Part shown: in pieces, positions 62,846 to 64,000 of the stretch
Numbering within the stretch: position 1 is the stretch's first letter
Layout of the letters: each line of letters opens with the position of its first letter
From: an uncultured Gammaproteobacteria bacterium
Lineage (GTDB): Bacteria > Pseudomonadota > Gammaproteobacteria > UBA4575
Assembly: GCA_905479295.1 (NCBI GenBank)
Contig: CAJQLY010000005.1
Span: forward strand, 3,033-67,032
Reading direction: 5' to 3'
Length of the DNA stretch: 64,000 bases
Notes under the pieces: generated by a model
Databases searched by the model: none
Told to the model about the DNA's origin: nothing
Seen by the model: the letters and a program-made list of their open reading frames with translations, nothing else
Position numbers and translations under genes: made by a program

Positions 62846-62868
62846 CATCTTCAGTGTTAAAAGGTCGC

Positions 62869-63372
62869 TTATTGCGAGCTCAGCTTCTCGAGTACTTTTG
62901 CAGTGATATCGATACTTGGGCTTGCATATAACACTGGCTGTGTAAGCACTAGGTCATAAGCTTCTTTAGTCGCAATCTGCTGGATCACTTCATATACTTT
63001 CTTTTGCAACACGCCTAACTCTTCGTTACGACGGATATTGAAGTCTTCTCGCATCTCATCACGCATACGATTGTAATCACGCTTTTGACTTAGAACTTCA
63101 CGCTCTAATTTAACGCGATTACTTTCACTCATGATGCTGCCATCATTATTAAGCTTTTCTTCAAGCTTCAGCACTACATCACGTGCTGCAGTTAATCCTT
63201 TATCGCGAGTTGCAAATTCCTTCTCAAGCGACGAGCGTGCAGCGCCAGCCTGCGGGGATTTTTCCATGATCTCACCAATATTAACAAAGCCAAGTTTTGG
63301 CTCTGCCAATGCTGTGCCTGCAACCATTAATGTTGCAACAAGGAAAGTACTGACGATTTTCTTCGTATTCAA
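62869..63372 (-). CDS. skp: Periplasmic chaperone Skp (OmpH)
   Basis: 167-aa ORF with a signal peptide ending ALA and a charged coiled-coil body. It lies directly downstream of bamA. Confidence 0.88.
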   Translation of the reverse strand: MNTKKIVSTFLVATLMVAGTALAEPKLGFVNIGEIMEKSPQAGAARSSLEKEFATRDKGLTAARDVVLKLEEKLNNDGSIMSESNRVKLEREVLSQKRDYNRMRDEMREDFNIRRNEELGVLQKKVYEVIQQIATKEAYDLVLTQPVLYASPSIDITAKVLEKLSSQ

Positions 63373-63387
63373 GTTAATGCTCCTACT

Positions 63388-64000
63388 TTAAAAGCTTGTG
63401 CCAAATTCAAATTGAAATGACTCTGTTTTATCATCTGGTTCATCGTTATATGTACCTGCAAAGGAAAGAGAAATACCCCCCAATCCAGTAATCATATTTA
63501 GCTCGAGGCCATAGCTACCGCGCAATTCACTAGCCTCCCACTCATCCACATCTTTATATACATTACCAATATCTGAGAACAACCCCAACCGGAAATTTTT
63601 AGAATCCGCTAAAGCGGGTACTGGGAAGAATAATTCAACACCAGCCGTTGTTAATAGATTTCCACCATAGGCACGGTCTTTCGAGTCTCTTGGACCTAGA
63701 CTATTAGCCCGATAACCACGTACTGAAGAAGAACCACCAGCGCGGTACTTCTGAAAAAATGGTAGATCGGTAGTATCACCGTATGAATCACCATATCCAA
63801 CCTGAGAACGCGTTGATAGGGTAAATATATCGGTTATTGGGTAAAGAAAGATATTCTTATAATCAATCTTATAATACTCAAGACCGCTCATTGGCACTGC
63901 TAATTCTACACGTGCTCGCTGGTAGAAGCCCTCAGTACCAAAGATTCGTCTATTTCGTGAGTCATGCGTAATATTGCCGGACACATTGATATTTGTAAAT
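63388..64000 (-). CDS. bamA: Outer membrane protein assembly factor BamA, C-terminal beta-barrel part (gene continues beyond the window)
   Basis: The frame is open to the window edge. The C-terminus ends in an aromatic residue (...FQFEFGTSF) with alternating beta-strand pattern. It is upstream of skp. Confidence 0.9.
   Translation of the reverse strand, partial: FTNINVSGNITHDSRNRRIFGTEGFYQRARVELAVPMSGLEYYKIDYKNIFLYPITDIFTLSTRSQVGYGDSYGDTTDLPFFQKYRAGGSSSVRGYRANSLGPRDSKDRAYGGNLLTTAGVELFFPVPALADSKNFRLGLFSDIGNVYKDVDEWEASELRGSYGLELNMITGLGGISLSFAGTYNDEPDDKTESFQFEFGTSF

Overview
This 64-kb window looks like core chromosome from a gammaproteobacterium. GC is about 45-52% on hand-counted lines. No similarity search was run, so every call rests on motifs and gene order read directly from the sequence. 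I support about 58 protein genes, 4 tRNAs and a few hairpin or promoter candidates. Gene order follows conserved housekeeping blocks: tRNA cluster-tig-clpP-clpX; purF-cvpA-dedD-folC-accD-trpA-trpB-trpF-truA-fimV-asd-leuB-leuD-leuC; aroC-prmB; epmA-efp-epmB; htpX; parC-parE; xerD-dsbC; pepA-holC-valS; yoaA-tsaB; pyrG-kdsA-eno-ftsB-ispD-ispF; and bamA-skp-fabZ-rnhB-dnaE-accA-tilS. I found no CRISPR array, transposase, prophage, toxin-antitoxin pair or recognisable multi-gene defence system, and no convincing novel multi-gene system. The one clearly accessory spot is a roughly 1-kb low-GC island at 30132-31100, between a GIY-YIG gene and htpX. It holds an orphan membrane-protein ORF broken by two compensating frameshifts, one at a G8 run. 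The ORF's restored stop codon lies inside an RYYYAAC box at the edge of a long bulged palindrome that resembles an integron attC site. This lone-cassette reading is a hypothesis, not a demonstrated fact. Lesser oddities: a secreted CHAP amidase gene embedded in the tRNA operon, with a 338-bp non-coding spacer nearby; lpxD, lpxA and lpxB missing from an otherwise intact bamA-to-tilS cluster; an AddA-like helicase-nuclease with no adjacent partner; a tandem duplication inside fimV; an acidic tail on Psd; and a YkuD protein with no visible signal peptide.
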